Below, piece by piece: positions 24,959 to 38,398 of a stretch of DNA of 64,000 bases. The notes beneath the pieces are model-generated. The model was not told the DNA's origin, did no database searches, and saw only the letters and a program-made list of their open reading frames with translations. The position numbers were made by a program, and so were the translations under genes. The stretch covers positions 640,001 to 704,000 of the forward strand of contig CAWJPJ010000008.1 of NCBI GenBank assembly GCA_963844715.1. The letters are read 5' to 3'. The DNA is from an uncultured Phycisphaerales bacterium. GTDB taxonomy: Bacteria; Planctomycetota; Phycisphaerae; Tepidisphaerales; Tepidisphaeraceae. Every line of letters begins with the position of its first letter. Position 1 is the stretch's first letter.

Positions 24959-27900
24959 CTAATTGATGCCGCCGTCGCCGTTGACCTGCCCGAGCTGGTT
25001 GTAGCAATCGTTGAGCAGGCTGGTGACGTTGTTATAGAGCACGCCGTTGCTCGCGTTGGCGTTGACCGCGACCATCATCTGGGTGACGCTGATCGTGGAA
25101 TTATTCGCCACGCCGAACGCGGCGCCGTTGGTTCCAACGTCGAACGTTGCATCGCCCAGGCCATCGGTTGTCGGGACGAATCCGAAGGAGACCCCGGCGC
25201 TCCGCCCAGGCCCAGTGTGGAGGAATAGATGTTCAACGCCGTCGCCATGACCTGCGCGTTGTTCTTCTGGCCGGAGACGTCGTAGTACGACATATACTTT
25301 GTGGCCACGGTCTCGGCGGTCTTATTGCCGAGGATCGACCCGCCGAACAGGTTCGGATACGTCGTCGCCAGCCAGTTGCCCAGCGTGGTGCTCGTCGAGC
25401 CGCCGAAATCCTTGATCAGTGTCTGCCCGAGGCTCGACCAGAAGAGCATGGTGGCGCTTTCGTCATCCACGTCGTCATGGAGCCCGGCGTTGTCGGCGCT
25501 GATGAGCCGATTCTGAGCCGAGTAGAAGATATTGCTGCCCGCGGGCCCGAGCTGGTTGATCGCGGCGCCGCAGACGAAGTCGATCTGATAGTAATTGTTC
25601 GGAATCGTTACCGTCAGCGTGTGCGTACCGGACGAGTACGTGCCGGTTGCCACCTGGAATTCGGTCTGCTCGCTGGCGTCGGAAGCGTTGAAGACCGGAT
25701 CGGGGGCGTTATAGGAGACCAAGGTGTAGGTCATCGGTGCGCCCGTCGGCACCGTAAAGGTAACGGTCACCGTTTCGCCCTGGGCAGTTGCGCCGCGCAG
25801 GTCGGTTACCGTCGTGGTCGCGCAACCACCGCCGCTTAACTGGAAGCTGAAGCAGGTCGGCATGCAGTTGCTTTCCTGGTAGTTGTCGAAGTTGAGGCCG
25901 GTGACTTTCTGCCCAGCGGCCACACTGATGCCGTAATAATCCGGCAGCGTCGGAGCGGTTTCGATATATCCGCTAGGTGTCACCTCCACAACGATGTACT
26001 TACCGGGCGGGACGTTCGTGAAGGAATAGGTCCCGTTCGCGGCGGAAGTGGTTGTCGCGTAAAGCGTGTCGCCGGTATCGTAAATTCCGTCGCCGTTCAC
26101 ATCCTTGTAAAGCTGGACCGTCACGCCTGACAGGTCCGTATCGTCGCTCGTCAGTCCGTTTCCGGTGAGGTCCTTGTACACCGTTCCGCTGATGCTGTCC
26201 GTGAGCGGCACGATTTCGCCGAAGTTGTAATTCAACCCGCTGCCGGCGGAGACAACCATGACGGAACTGACCGCACCAACAGCCGCTGTGCCGCCGAGCG
26301 TCCCCGCGTTGGCGGTCTCGCCGGTGTAACCGGCGGGCTGGGTCTCGGTCACCGTGTAAGTGCCCGGGGCCAGACCCGTGAAGGAATAGGTGCCGTTGGA
26401 AGCCGTGGTCGTGGTGGCGGACACAGAATTGCCCGCTCCGTTGGTTCCCGTCAGCGTGACGGTCACGCCCGACAGTCCGGTATCGCCGGCGTCGAACGTG
26501 TCGTTGCTGTTGTTGTCAACGTAAACGGTGCCCGCTATCGAGCCGGGCAGGTATTGGCCGAAGTTGTAATTCGTGCCTGCTTCGCCGGAGGTCACGGTCA
26601 CAGTGCTGACCTTCTCCGTTCCGGCGGTTCCGCCCAGGGAGCCGACGTCGCCGGCTTCAGCGGTGTATCCGGCGGGCAGAGTCTCGGTCACGGTGTAACT
26701 ACCGGGCGCCAAACCTGTAAAGGAATACGTCCCGTTGGCCGCCGTGGTAGTGGTCAGCGTGACGGGATTCCCAAGGCCGTTGGTGCCGGTGAGGGTGACG
26801 GTAACGCCGGCGAGTCCGGGTTCGGAATTGTCGACGTCGTTGCCGTTGAGATCGTTGTAGGCGGTTCCGGAAATGGAACTGGCCTGATACTCGGCTAAGT
26901 CGTAGCCCGTGCCTGTTTCGCCGGAGGTGACGGCGATGTGACTGATCAGGGCGATGCCGGCGGTGCCGCCCAGGGAGCCGACGTTAGCGTTTTCGGGGGT
27001 GTAGCCGGCAGGGACGGTTTCCGTGACCGTGTAGAGTCCTGGGGCCAGGCTGGTGAAGGAATAGCTGCCGTTGGAAGCGGTCGTGGTGGTCAGGTCCACG
27101 GCAGCGCCGGAGCCGGTGGTACCGGTGAGGGTGATGGTCACGCCGCCGAGGCCCGCATCGCTGCTCTTGTAGACGTCGCAGCCGCTGGCGTCGATGTACT
27201 TGATGCCGGAGATGCAGCTGGCCTGGTACTCAGCAAAGTCGTAAGCCGTGCCGGCTGCGCCGGCGGTTAGGGTGATGTTGCTGATTTGGGCGGTTCCGGC
27301 GGTGCCGCCGGCGGAGCCGACGTCGCCGTTTTCGGGGGTATAGCCGGCCGGCACGGTTTCAGTGACGGTGTAGATTCCGGCGGCCAGACTGGTGAAGGAG
27401 TACGCGCCGTTGGAGGCGGTGGTGGTGGTCAGGTCGACCGCGCCGCCGGTGCTGGTGGTGCCGGTGAGGGTGATGGTCACTCCGCCGAGGCCCGCATCGC
27501 TGCTCTGGTAGACGTCGGAGCCGTTGGCGTCGATGTACTTGATGCCGGAGATCGAAGAGTTCTGAGGGGGCACGTCTCCGAAGTCGTAATTGACGCCGGC
27601 GCTGCCGGAGCCGAGAGTGATCGAACTGACGACGCCGGTCCCCGCGGTGCCGCCCAGCGAGCCAACATTGGCTTTTTCGCCGGTGTAACCTGCGGGTTCG
27701 GTCACGGTGAGCATGTAGATGCCGGGGGCCAGACCGGCGAAGGAATAGCTGCCGTTGGAAGCGGTGGTGGTGGTGAGGTCGACGGCACTGCCGGCGCCTG
27801 TGGTGCCGGTGAGGGTGATGGTCACGCCGGCAAGGCCCGCATCGGTCGCGAGGTAGGTGTCGCTGGCAGTGGGGTCGACGTATTTAATGCCGGAGATCGA

Positions 27901-29574
27901 ACCGGTCTGATACTCGGCGAAGTTGTAGCTGGTGCCTGTTTCGCCGGAGGTGACGGTGATGTTGCCGATCTGTGCGGTGCCGGCGGTGCCGCCGAGGGAG
28001 CCGACGTCGCCGTTTTCGGGGGTGTATCCGGCAGGCACGGTCTCAGTGACCGTGTAGACTCCCGGCGCCAGGGCGGTGAAGGAATAGCTGCCGTTGGAAG
28101 CGGTGGTGGTGGTCAGGTCCACGGCACTGCCGGAGCCGGTGGTACCGGTGAGGGTGATGGTTACGCCGCCGAGGCCCGCATCGCTGCTTTGGTAGACGTC
28201 GGAGCCGTTGGCGTCGATGTACTTGATGCCGGAGATCGATCCGGGCTGGTACTCCGCGAAATTGTAATTGGTGGCTGCTTGACCGGAGGTCAGGTTGATA
28301 CCGGTGACTATCGCGGGGCTGGCGGTACCGGTCGAAGAACCGACGTTGGGGTTTTCGACAACGTACCCGGCCGGCGCGGTTTCGGAGAGGGAATAGATCC
28401 CTGGAGCCAGACCGCTGAAGGAGTACGCGCCGTTACGCGCCGGTGACCGTTGTCTCGGTGACGGAATTGCCGAGCCCATCCTGACCTGTGAGGGTCATGG
28501 TGACGCCGGCGAGACCCAGATCGGCGGCCTGGTAGGTGTCGGAGCCGTTGGCGTCGACGTATTTGATTCCGGAGACCGAGGCAGGGAGATAGTCGGCGAA
28601 ATCGTAGCCGGTGGCGTTGTCACCGCCGGTTTCGTTAGGATCGAGATTGATATTAGTGATGGAGTTGGTGCCCGGAGCCCCGACGGTTCCGCCGTCAGTT
28701 CCCGCGGAATCCTGGCCGTCGTCGTACCCCGCGGGCGGGGTTTCGCTGAGGGTATAAGTCCCCGGGTTAAGCATGGAGAAGGTATAGGCGCCGGAGACTC
28801 CGTTGATGGTGCTGGTGGTGGTGGTTTCCAGGACGGGATTGCCGTTGTCGTCGGTTCCGCTAAGTGTGATGGAGACTCCGTTGATTCCCGGCTCGCCGGC
28901 GTCCTGGACGCCGTTGTCGTTGAGGTCGTTGTATTTGACGCCGGAGATGCTGTCGAGTTCCGGGATCGCCCCCAGCACGCCCTTGGTGTCGCCGCTGAAA
29001 TCGACGCTGAAGCCGGGATCGCCCGGGTTCACATCGGTGAAGGTCGAGTTCTCGCTGTTGAGGACCAAACCGACGTCCTGCCCGGCAAACATTCCGTTGG
29101 TAAGCAGTTCGCCGCCGGTGGCGGTGAATCGGAAGTCGTAGGTGGCGGTGCCGTCGCCGTTGTCCTGGTAGCCGAATTGGGTGACGGTCCCAGAGATGAG
29201 GGTTCCGCTGAAAACCAATTCGCTCGGATCGTCGATGTCGCCGGTAACGGTCAAATCCATCGGGGCATGCCGCTGCCGGCGAGGCTGCCGTCGTTGTTAA
29301 CCGAGATGTTGAGGGAGAGATCGGTCGGATCGTTGACGGGATCCACTGTTCCATCGGGGAAGATGATCGCGACCGGCGTGGAATCGGCGACGAAGGCCTT
29401 GGTCGAAGCCGTGTAGGTCAATCCGCCGCCGCCCGCATAAGCGATTGCCGGAACGTTGGGCAGAACCCCAAGAAGCGACAGCATCTGCCGCTGCTCGAGA
29501 GATTCCAGAAGCATGATATCGGAACGCGACCGACGCTTGGTCTGCCGACCTTTTCGGCAACTGGCAATCTGCAT
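24959..29574 (-). CDS. Giant (~1540 aa) LEPR-XLL exoprotein with nine SdrD B-like repeats (frameshifts ~29260, ~28440, ~25160)
   Basis: N-terminal LESLEQRQMLS; nine SISGxxYxDxxG...GVTITLTG...TTTxxNGxYxF...PGxYTVTET repeats; C-terminal FW...LGNWLA...AQVMATALNIY domain; stop TAG at 24959-24961. Confidence 0.85.
26880..28260. repeat. Intragenic ~340-bp tandem repeats with high DNA identity (SdrD-B units)
   Basis: Long identical stretches such as GGCGTCGATGTACTTGATGCCGGAGAT and CCGCCGAGGCCCGCATCGCTGCT recur at ~27140-27215, ~27480-27555 and ~28165-28240. Confidence 0.85.
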
Positions 29575-29722
29575 AACGTCTCCCTCACTAAAAGTTAATC
29601 ACGACATCTGATCCGCGCATCGATTCACTCGAATCGTCGCGGTCTCCGTGCGCACACGCGCTTGACAACTATTTGATAACTGCCCTACGCCCCAAAAGTC
29701 GCAAAAGCAAATCGCAATTTCT

Positions 29723-30400
29723 TCAAGCTCGGCGCCGACGACGAGCAATGCCAAGCACGGAGCACAGCATCAAAACACCCGACGATGGCTCGGGGAAAAC
29801 GTTTGCCGTGTCGCTCAGAGAACTTTTCGTGGTGAAATTTTCGGTAAAGATGGGAGCGTTACCTGACCCCGTCTCGTTGGTGGGGCCGAAAATGATCGCG
29901 CCGATCGCCGAGCCCGTCGGGAACGCCGTGCCGTTCGAATCCTGAATAAACGCGAATTCAAAATCAGCGCCGGCATTGGTGTCGCTGGGTCCGAAACCGA
30001 ATTGGGTCAGAGTCGTCGAGTCGATATAGTCCGTCGCGCTTCCGCCGGTGGGCGTTCCTTTCACGACCAGGCTGTCGTTATCCCCGACAGGAAGCTGCGC
30101 TTTCGGAATCGCCTGAACCTGTCCGCCCACGATCTGCAAATAGGCCGTCAGATCAAACGTGCTGCTGCCGGAAGTCATGCTGACGTGAGAAGAGGCGGTA
30201 GTGAACCACGACTGGAAATCCGTGCTCGTGATTGAAAAAACTCCGACGTTGGTCCCGGCGTTGTACGTGTAATTGAACGTAAAGAAATTACAGTCCGCAT
30301 CCGGATACACCTGCGTCAAATTCAACGATTGAGCGCGTGCAATCCCTGAGATCATCAGCATCAGTAGAAATGCCCACCCGAAACCCCAAAATCGGCGCAT
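29723..30400 (-). CDS. PEP-CTERM exoprotein
   Basis: Signal peptide ending ARA-Q; C-terminal FPEPSSGVLMLCSVLGIARRRRRA. Confidence 0.88.
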   Translation of the reverse strand: MRRFWGFGWAFLLMLMISGIARAQSLNLTQVYPDADCNFFTFNYTYNAGTNVGVFSITSTDFQSWFTTASSHVSMTSGSSTFDLTAYLQIVGGQVQAIPKAQLPVGDNDSLVVKGTPTGGSATDYIDSTTLTQFGFGPSDTNAGADFEFAFIQDSNGTAFPTGSAIGAIIFGPTNETGSGNAPIFTENFTTKSSLSDTANVFPEPSSGVLMLCSVLGIARRRRRA

Positions 30401-31090
30401 GATCCTCTCCCTCTCTCCATGGGATTTTCAAAAAAGAAGAGAAAATCCCCGCCACGGTTCGACAACTTTTTACGAAATGAAAGCCCTTACCACGGTAAAA
30501 ACCCTACCCAGGTAGTGTCGCTCATGGGTGGTTATTATGTCAAGAATATTCATCAGGAAAGATGGATTAATTTCTTATAACTCTGTCCTATCCTTTTGCA
30601 AATTCAAGAGGATATGGCATTTTGGGGTAGTTCGGGGCCGTATCGATTTGTCGTATTCCGCGCTATCACTGTCGCAAATTGGGAGAGCAAGGCTCTGATA
30701 GGCGATTTTTCGGAAGGAATCCCCAATTCTGCGAAAATCGGTTCGCCAACCAGGTGGCTCTTTTACCCAATCCGACCGTTCGCGCCGACCAGAAGTCCGC
30801 CCATTAAAGGCGGCTGCGCAAGGGCAGCTCGGTAGATCTTTTGCACCTGGTCGCTCGCCCAATCGATCGTGTCTTTATACTTTTGCTCGGCGAAGATTGT
30901 AAAATCTACATTCACGATGTGAAAATAGGAGGCCGTTGCGCGAGGCGTGCGGAAAGGACTGGGTCGCGGCAGCCAGCCGCAAGTATATCAATCGAACGCC
31001 GGCCTGCTCCCGCCGAGCCCTCCTCCCGCTTCTTGACTTCCCCCGTCCGGTCGGCAGAATGCTCCCTCCCAAAACTCCCGGAGCTGGCCC

Positions 31091-31399
31091 ATGTACGCGA
31101 TTATCGATGATGGTGGAAGGCAACATAAGGTCTCGGCTGGAGATGTGATCAACATCGATCGGTCCGAAACCGACGAAAAAACTCTCACCTTCGATCGAGT
31201 CCTCCTCATCGCGGGGGACGGATCGCCGAAGATCGGCGCGCCAACCGTCCCTGGAGCAACCGTCAAGGCCGACGTCATTGGCGAAATCAAGGGAAAGAAA
31301 ATCGACACCATCAAGTACCGCCGCCGCAAGGGATATCACAAGAAGATCGGCCACCGGCAGACTCTTCTGGCCGTGAAGATCACCGCGATAAACGTATAG
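31091..31399 (+). CDS. rplU: 50S ribosomal protein L21
   Basis: MYAIIDDGGRQHKV...KYRRRKGYHKKIGHRQ. Confidence 0.97.
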   Translation: MYAIIDDGGRQHKVSAGDVINIDRSETDEKTLTFDRVLLIAGDGSPKIGAPTVPGATVKADVIGEIKGKKIDTIKYRRRKGYHKKIGHRQTLLAVKITAINV

Positions 31400-31410
31400 C
31401 TGTCAAACCG

Positions 31411-32799
31411 CTAAGGTTTCGGATTTTCCTCAGGCGTAATCGGCAGGCATTGACCCCCGACCAGGTGAATTGAGTTTCGCCCCGACCTCTTCGCCCCGAA
31501 CATCAGTTGCTTATCCGCCGCGTCGATTAAACCATTCGCATCCTGCGCATCCCACGGACAGACGGCAATTCCTCCGCTGATCGTCAAAGTTCCTTTGCCA
31601 TGATGGCCCAGACCGGGGTAATCGTGCGTCGCCAGCAGGCGGCGGAATCGATTCAGAATTTCCTGGGTCTCCTGCGGCGTGCGCCCGGCAGCGGGGGGAG
31701 CCTTGGGATCACGCGGCTGGCGCGGGCCCTCTATTTCCCAAAAAACCACCGCAAATTCGTCCCCGCTGATGCGCGCCACCAGATCGTGATCGCGCACGCA
31801 CCGGCGCATCAGCGTCGCGGTCTGCTTTAAAATCTCATCGCCCACGCAGTGCCCAAATTGATCGTTGTATTTCTTGAAATTGTCGATGTCGAAAAGAAAC
31901 AGTGTGACGGGGAAGCGCATCACCTTGGCTTTGTCGATGGTTTTCGCCAGAAAATGCCGGAAATATCGGCCATTTGCCAGCCCGGTCAGGTCGTCAGTGA
32001 TCGCCAGTCGCTGCAGGCTCGCGTGGCGATCCTGAAGGATCTGCACCCGCGCGATATGCTCGGAGAGCTGCGCCAGAAACGCCGCGGCAGCGACCCGATC
32101 GGCGCTCGATGGAATCGCCAGATGAAGCGCCAGCGGCGCAATCGCCGGCCCCGCGGCGGAATTCATCGGCCCCGTCGGACGGTGCGTGATCACCGTGACG
32201 TCGCCGCTGATTGGCGGACCTTGCGACTCCAGGGGCGTCGCGGACAAGCTCATCGGCGCCGGCAGCGTCGCGTTGATCCGCTTGATGATGAGGTCCACCG
32301 ATTCCTGCGGATTCCTCATCAGCATCAGCGCATCCAGAACAATCTGCGTCAGAGGAATCGCGCTCCAGACGGAATCCGTAGAACCCGCCGCGGGAGCATC
32401 GGCCGCGCACTTCGAGGCCGCGCCGGCAAGTCGCATCGGGGACGCGCTGAGCAATTCCACCAGTTCCGCCGCCGTGACCGGCGTCACCAGATAATCGTCG
32501 CAGCCGAAATCCATCATCTTCTGCGACAAAGGCTCAAGGGTGGGATCACCGAAGAGGAGCAGCCGGCTGTCTCCGCTCAGCTCCCGCAGCGTTCGCACCG
32601 CCGCCTCGGGGCGACGTTCCATCGGCTCGGCCGCGGCGAGAACGGTTGTGTATTGCTCGTGGCTCAGTTCCGCGATCGCGTCAAAAATCGTCGGCACCAT
32701 CCGCACATGCGCGGCGGGAATCGCCTGCGCCAGGGCGGTATAGACCTGCCGATCCTCGTCCCCGATCAGCAAAACTCGTTCATGTGTGAGTCGCACCAT
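31411..32799 (-). CDS. Diguanylate cyclase-like protein: pseudo-receiver plus GGDEF (SGDEF variant)
   Basis: TDDLTGLANGR, FDIDNFKKYNDQFGHCVGD, RDHD I-site, ARISGDEF; REC-like N-terminus (GCDDYLVTP). Confidence 0.88.
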   Translation of the reverse strand: MVRLTHERVLLIGDEDRQVYTALAQAIPAAHVRMVPTIFDAIAELSHEQYTTVLAAAEPMERRPEAAVRTLRELSGDSRLLLFGDPTLEPLSQKMMDFGCDDYLVTPVTAAELVELLSASPMRLAGAASKCAADAPAAGSTDSVWSAIPLTQIVLDALMLMRNPQESVDLIIKRINATLPAPMSLSATPLESQGPPISGDVTVITHRPTGPMNSAAGPAIAPLALHLAIPSSADRVAAAAFLAQLSEHIARVQILQDRHASLQRLAITDDLTGLANGRYFRHFLAKTIDKAKVMRFPVTLFLFDIDNFKKYNDQFGHCVGDEILKQTATLMRRCVRDHDLVARISGDEFAVVFWEIEGPRQPRDPKAPPAAGRTPQETQEILNRFRRLLATHDYPGLGHHGKGTLTISGGIAVCPWDAQDANGLIDAADKQLMFGAKRSGRNSIHLVGGQCLPITPEENPKP

Positions 32800-32927
32800 A
32801 GAACTACAACCAAATGGCCGGACGAAGTAGCGTAAATCACGCCCGAGAAAAGGCAATCGCTTGTACGGAACTAAATTGCAGAAAACCCGTGAAGATGGGC
32901 AAGAAAACCGCTTTAGCAGAGGGCCTG

Positions 32928-35405
<2,478 letters not shown>

Positions 35406-35645
35406 TTTCCCTACTCCGCCGGTCCCGACCCTACCCTAGGAAATGCGCAAAATACGAGAGCCCGCCCGGCGATGCCTTTGTACACGGCAGACTACTCCGG
35501 CAGCATTCGCAATGTCAATAAAAATAGTAGAGAAAGAAGGCAATTTAACCGAGCCCTATATTCGAGTTCGCTTTCGCCCCGATCCGACCGGCAAAATGCG
35601 CAGGATTCGGCGCGCAAACCAGGAACACTTACTTGCGCCACGGCT

Positions 35646-36968
35646 CTACTCCCCAGGCGTGTTCAGCGAAAACCGCGTCCACGTCCCCGTCCCCAGGGTC
35701 CCGGTCATGCTCACGGCATTCGAATTCAGCACCGTGTATGTCCCGTGATCGGTCCGGCCGCCGTCGGCTTTCAGACTCCACATCGAATTGGCGAAGTCGA
35801 CGTGCCCAGCTTCGGATTGCGTCTTCCCATTGGTCGTTGCCGCGACGCAATACCGTCCGTCCGGATCAATCGACCAGACGAGCAGGGTGTTTCCCTGCGC
35901 GGAAGGAATATTGATTTGCCAGGTTCCCACGATCGCCGCATCGACCGTGGTCGGCTCATTCATCGAAGCGGAGAGGCGCGTCCAGATCGCCGTTCCCAGC
36001 GTGCTCGTGATCTGCACGTTATTCGAGTCCTGAATGGTGTACGTCCCCTGATCGGTGCGCCCGGCGTCGCTGCGAAGCTGCCAGTTATTTTTTCCGAACA
36101 TGGCGTGCCCGGTTTCGCCCGGCACCGTGGACGGCCCCGTGATGTTGAGCGCGTAATCGCCATCCGAGTGGATCAGCCAGTTGAAGACCACGTCGCCCGT
36201 GGGCGTGGGGAAGCGCGTCCGCCAGGTATCGACCATCACTGGATCAACCGTCGGTGCGTTCGCGACCGGCGTGAAGCCGCCGGGTTGAGTCGTCGCATTA
36301 TTTTGCCCAATCACCGGCGCGGGGATCGGCGCCGGCGGGGGGGTCGGCGCGGGAGTCGGGGTCGGAGCGGGGGACGGGGCCGGCGTCACCACCGCCGAAT
36401 TCTGCCGGCCGATCATCCTATAGACCGAAAATATCGCCACCGCGCCCACCGCAATGATCACCGCCGCGGCGATCCAAATTACCGCCGTCGCCTTGGCCGG
36501 AGAAGTCGCGATCGTCGGTGCCGGCCGCGGGCCCGGAGCAGGCCCAGGCGGTTCCTCCGCCGGTCCGTTCTGCAAAAGCGTTTTCGTTTTCGCCGCCAGA
36601 GTCTGCAAATGATTCTCCAGCGGCGTCGTGATCGCATCCAGCCAATGCACCGACCCCAGGTAATAATCCAGCGACTTATTCGGCAGGATATTCTCCACGC
36701 GAAACGGAATCACCAATCGGCCCGCCTCGAACGCATGCTGCAACTCGCGCTTCACCTGCGGTGATTCGTTCGCATGACTCGAAAAAACCAAAATAAAAAG
36801 CTTCGCCTCCTCGATGGCGTTCACCAGCGCCTCGCTCCAATCCGCCCCCGGCTGAATATCCCGCGGCGCAATCCAACACCGAATCCCCGCGGACTCGAGC
36901 GTCGCGCAAGCCGCGTCCGCGATCGGCTTGTCCTTCGTCGAATAACTGATGAAAACGTCGTGAGCCAT
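35646..36968 (-). CDS. TIR-domain single-pass membrane protein with duplicated extracytoplasmic beta domain
   Basis: HDVFISYS, CWIAPRDI and SPQVKREL (TIR_2); TM segment VIWIAAAVIIAVGAVAIFSVY; two ~90-aa repeats each ending GTxxWTR. Confidence 0.88.
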   Translation of the reverse strand: MAHDVFISYSTKDKPIADAACATLESAGIRCWIAPRDIQPGADWSEALVNAIEEAKLFILVFSSHANESPQVKRELQHAFEAGRLVIPFRVENILPNKSLDYYLGSVHWLDAITTPLENHLQTLAAKTKTLLQNGPAEEPPGPAPGPRPAPTIATSPAKATAVIWIAAAVIIAVGAVAIFSVYRMIGRQNSAVVTPAPSPAPTPTPAPTPPPAPIPAPVIGQNNATTQPGGFTPVANAPTVDPVMVDTWRTRFPTPTGDVVFNWLIHSDGDYALNITGPSTVPGETGHAMFGKNNWQLRSDAGRTDQGTYTIQDSNNVQITSTLGTAIWTRLSASMNEPTTVDAAIVGTWQINIPSAQGNTLLVWSIDPDGRYCVAATTNGKTQSEAGHVDFANSMWSLKADGGRTDHGTYTVLNSNAVSMTGTLGTGTWTRFSLNTPGE

Positions 36969-37023
36969 TGAGCGAGGCAGAATACCAGCCCCCTAGGTCC
37001 GGAGCCAAAACATTTGTCTTACT

Positions 37024-37134
37024 CCTCTGCCCATGTACTCATGGGGAGAGGCTGGGTGAGGGGCATTCTTCGAATTTCAAAATGCGCCCTCACCCGCGCC
37101 CGCCGTGCCGGAACTAAAGGCACGGGCGAGGGGG
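37024..37134. repeat. BoxC-like palindrome inverted doublet (family A, degenerate)
   Basis: CCTCTGCCCATGTACTCATGGGGAGAGGCTGGGTGAGGGG...GCCCTCACCC...GGGCGAGGGGG; overlaps the mutM 3' end. Confidence 0.8.
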
Positions 37135-37943
37135 AAAACTGCACCGCGCCTGGCATTTCGGACAAAAGTGCGTCGACCGCCCCCCAAGCACGATCCTCGT
37201 AATCGCCGTCCCGCAAACGGAACATGGCTTGCCTGCGCGATCATAGACGCGATGGAGTTTTTGGAAGTCGCCGGAGTCGCCGTTGGCATCCCGATAATCG
37301 CGCAGCGTGCTTCCGCGGTGTCGTAGCGCCCGCCGCAGGACGACTTTGATCGCCCGAGTCAGCGCGGCGATCTGCGCAGCGCTCAATCGATCCGCCCGAA
37401 TCTTCGGATGAATCTTCGCGGCGAAAAGGGATTCATCGGCATAAATATTCCCCAGCCCCGCGATCAAAGATTGATCGAGCAGCGCCGTCTTAATCGCGCG
37501 CTTGGTTTTGGACAGGCGCTTAGCCAGTTCCCCCGCCCGAACCGTCAGCGGTTCAGGCCCCAGCCCCGTTTCCTCCGATTCAGTTTTCCCCAGCCAGAAA
37601 ATTCCCCCGAACCGGCGCGGGTCCGCGAAGCGAATCTCATCCTTCCCAAAGCTCAGCAGAAGATGCGTGTGAGAAATCCGAGGCGACCCAGGCGATTCAA
37701 CCGTCAACCGCCCCGTCATCCCCAGATGAATGAAAAATCGATTCCCATCATCAAGCAAAAAAACAATCTTCTTCCCCCGCCGGGCGATAGACGAGATAAC
37801 TCTCCCCGCGAGAAGCCTGCCAATATCCGTCCCGACAGGCTCAACAATATCCGCCGCAAAAGCTCCACTCCCACCACCCGCCTCCCCGCAATCCGCGGCG
37901 AAAGCGTCCGCACCACAGTCTCCACTTCCGGCAATTCAGGCAT
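37114..37943 (-). CDS. mutM: Formamidopyrimidine-DNA glycosylase (frameshifts ~37850-37760)
   Basis: MPELPEVETV, HLGMTG, DPRRFG, AGLGNIYADESLF, and a CSVC...FCPKCQ zinc finger. Confidence 0.95.
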
Positions 37944-37985
37944 AAGAAACTTTCTTGTCCCCTCTCCCTGTACTCAGGGAGAGGG

Positions 37986-38363
37986 TTAGGGTGAGGGTCG
38001 AACCTGAGTCAGCTCTCGAATAATAGTCCTAAGCACCGCGTCAGGATCCTTCATCACGTCATCATTCGGCACGCGCAAGACTCGCAAGCCGAGCTGCTCC
38101 AATTGGCGCGTTCGTTCCGCGTCTTTGACTAAGCCCGATTCGTCGCCATGTTGTCCACCGTCCAACTCAATTACAAGATTTTCCTTAAGGCAAACAAAGT
38201 CCACGACGTAACCTGCGATCGGATGCTGCCGGCGAAAACGAAAGCTTGCCATTTGGCCGCTCCGCAGAAGCGCCCACAACTTCCGCTCTGCCTCCGTGGA
38301 ATCTCTCCGAAGGCGCTTGGCTATTCCAGTCATTCGCGGACGGTGATCATGCCGGCCTAACAT
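37986..38363 (-). CDS. DUF559 (Vsr-like, PD-(D/E)xK-related) endonuclease
   Basis: C-terminal 125 aa of ORF 37986..39176: AKRLRRDSTEAERKLWALLR, FRRQHPIAGYVVDF, LVIELDGGQH, DAERTRQL...GLRVLR. The stop TAA lies inside the left repeat. Confidence 0.92.
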   Translation of the reverse strand: MLGRHDHRPRMTGIAKRLRRDSTEAERKLWALLRSGQMASFRFRRQHPIAGYVVDFVCLKENLVIELDGGQHGDESGLVKDAERTRQLEQLGLRVLRVPNDDVMKDPDAVLRTIIRELTQVRPSP

Positions 38364-38370
38364 GTAATAT

Positions 38371-38398
38371 AGAATCCCGCGCGGTTGGAACCCGTCAA
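38371..38398 (-). promoter_or_regulatory. Possible promoter for DUF559 inside the cassette
   Basis: Minus strand TTGACG-N16-GATTCT-N7-ATG; no SD visible. Confidence 0.35.

Noticed and set aside
26880..28260. Near-identical ~340-bp repeats as a DGR template/variable pair
   Set aside because: They are in-frame SdrD-B domain repeats, differences are not evidently adenine-specific, and there is no reverse transcriptase in the window.
30401..31090. AT-richer intergenic region as a riboswitch or small gene
   Set aside because: No riboswitch consensus or credible ORF was recognised; it is probably divergent promoter DNA. An Rfam scan would settle it.
31091..31399. rplU without downstream rpmA
   Set aside because: A real observation, but separation of L21 and L27 genes occurs in various lineages; low novelty.
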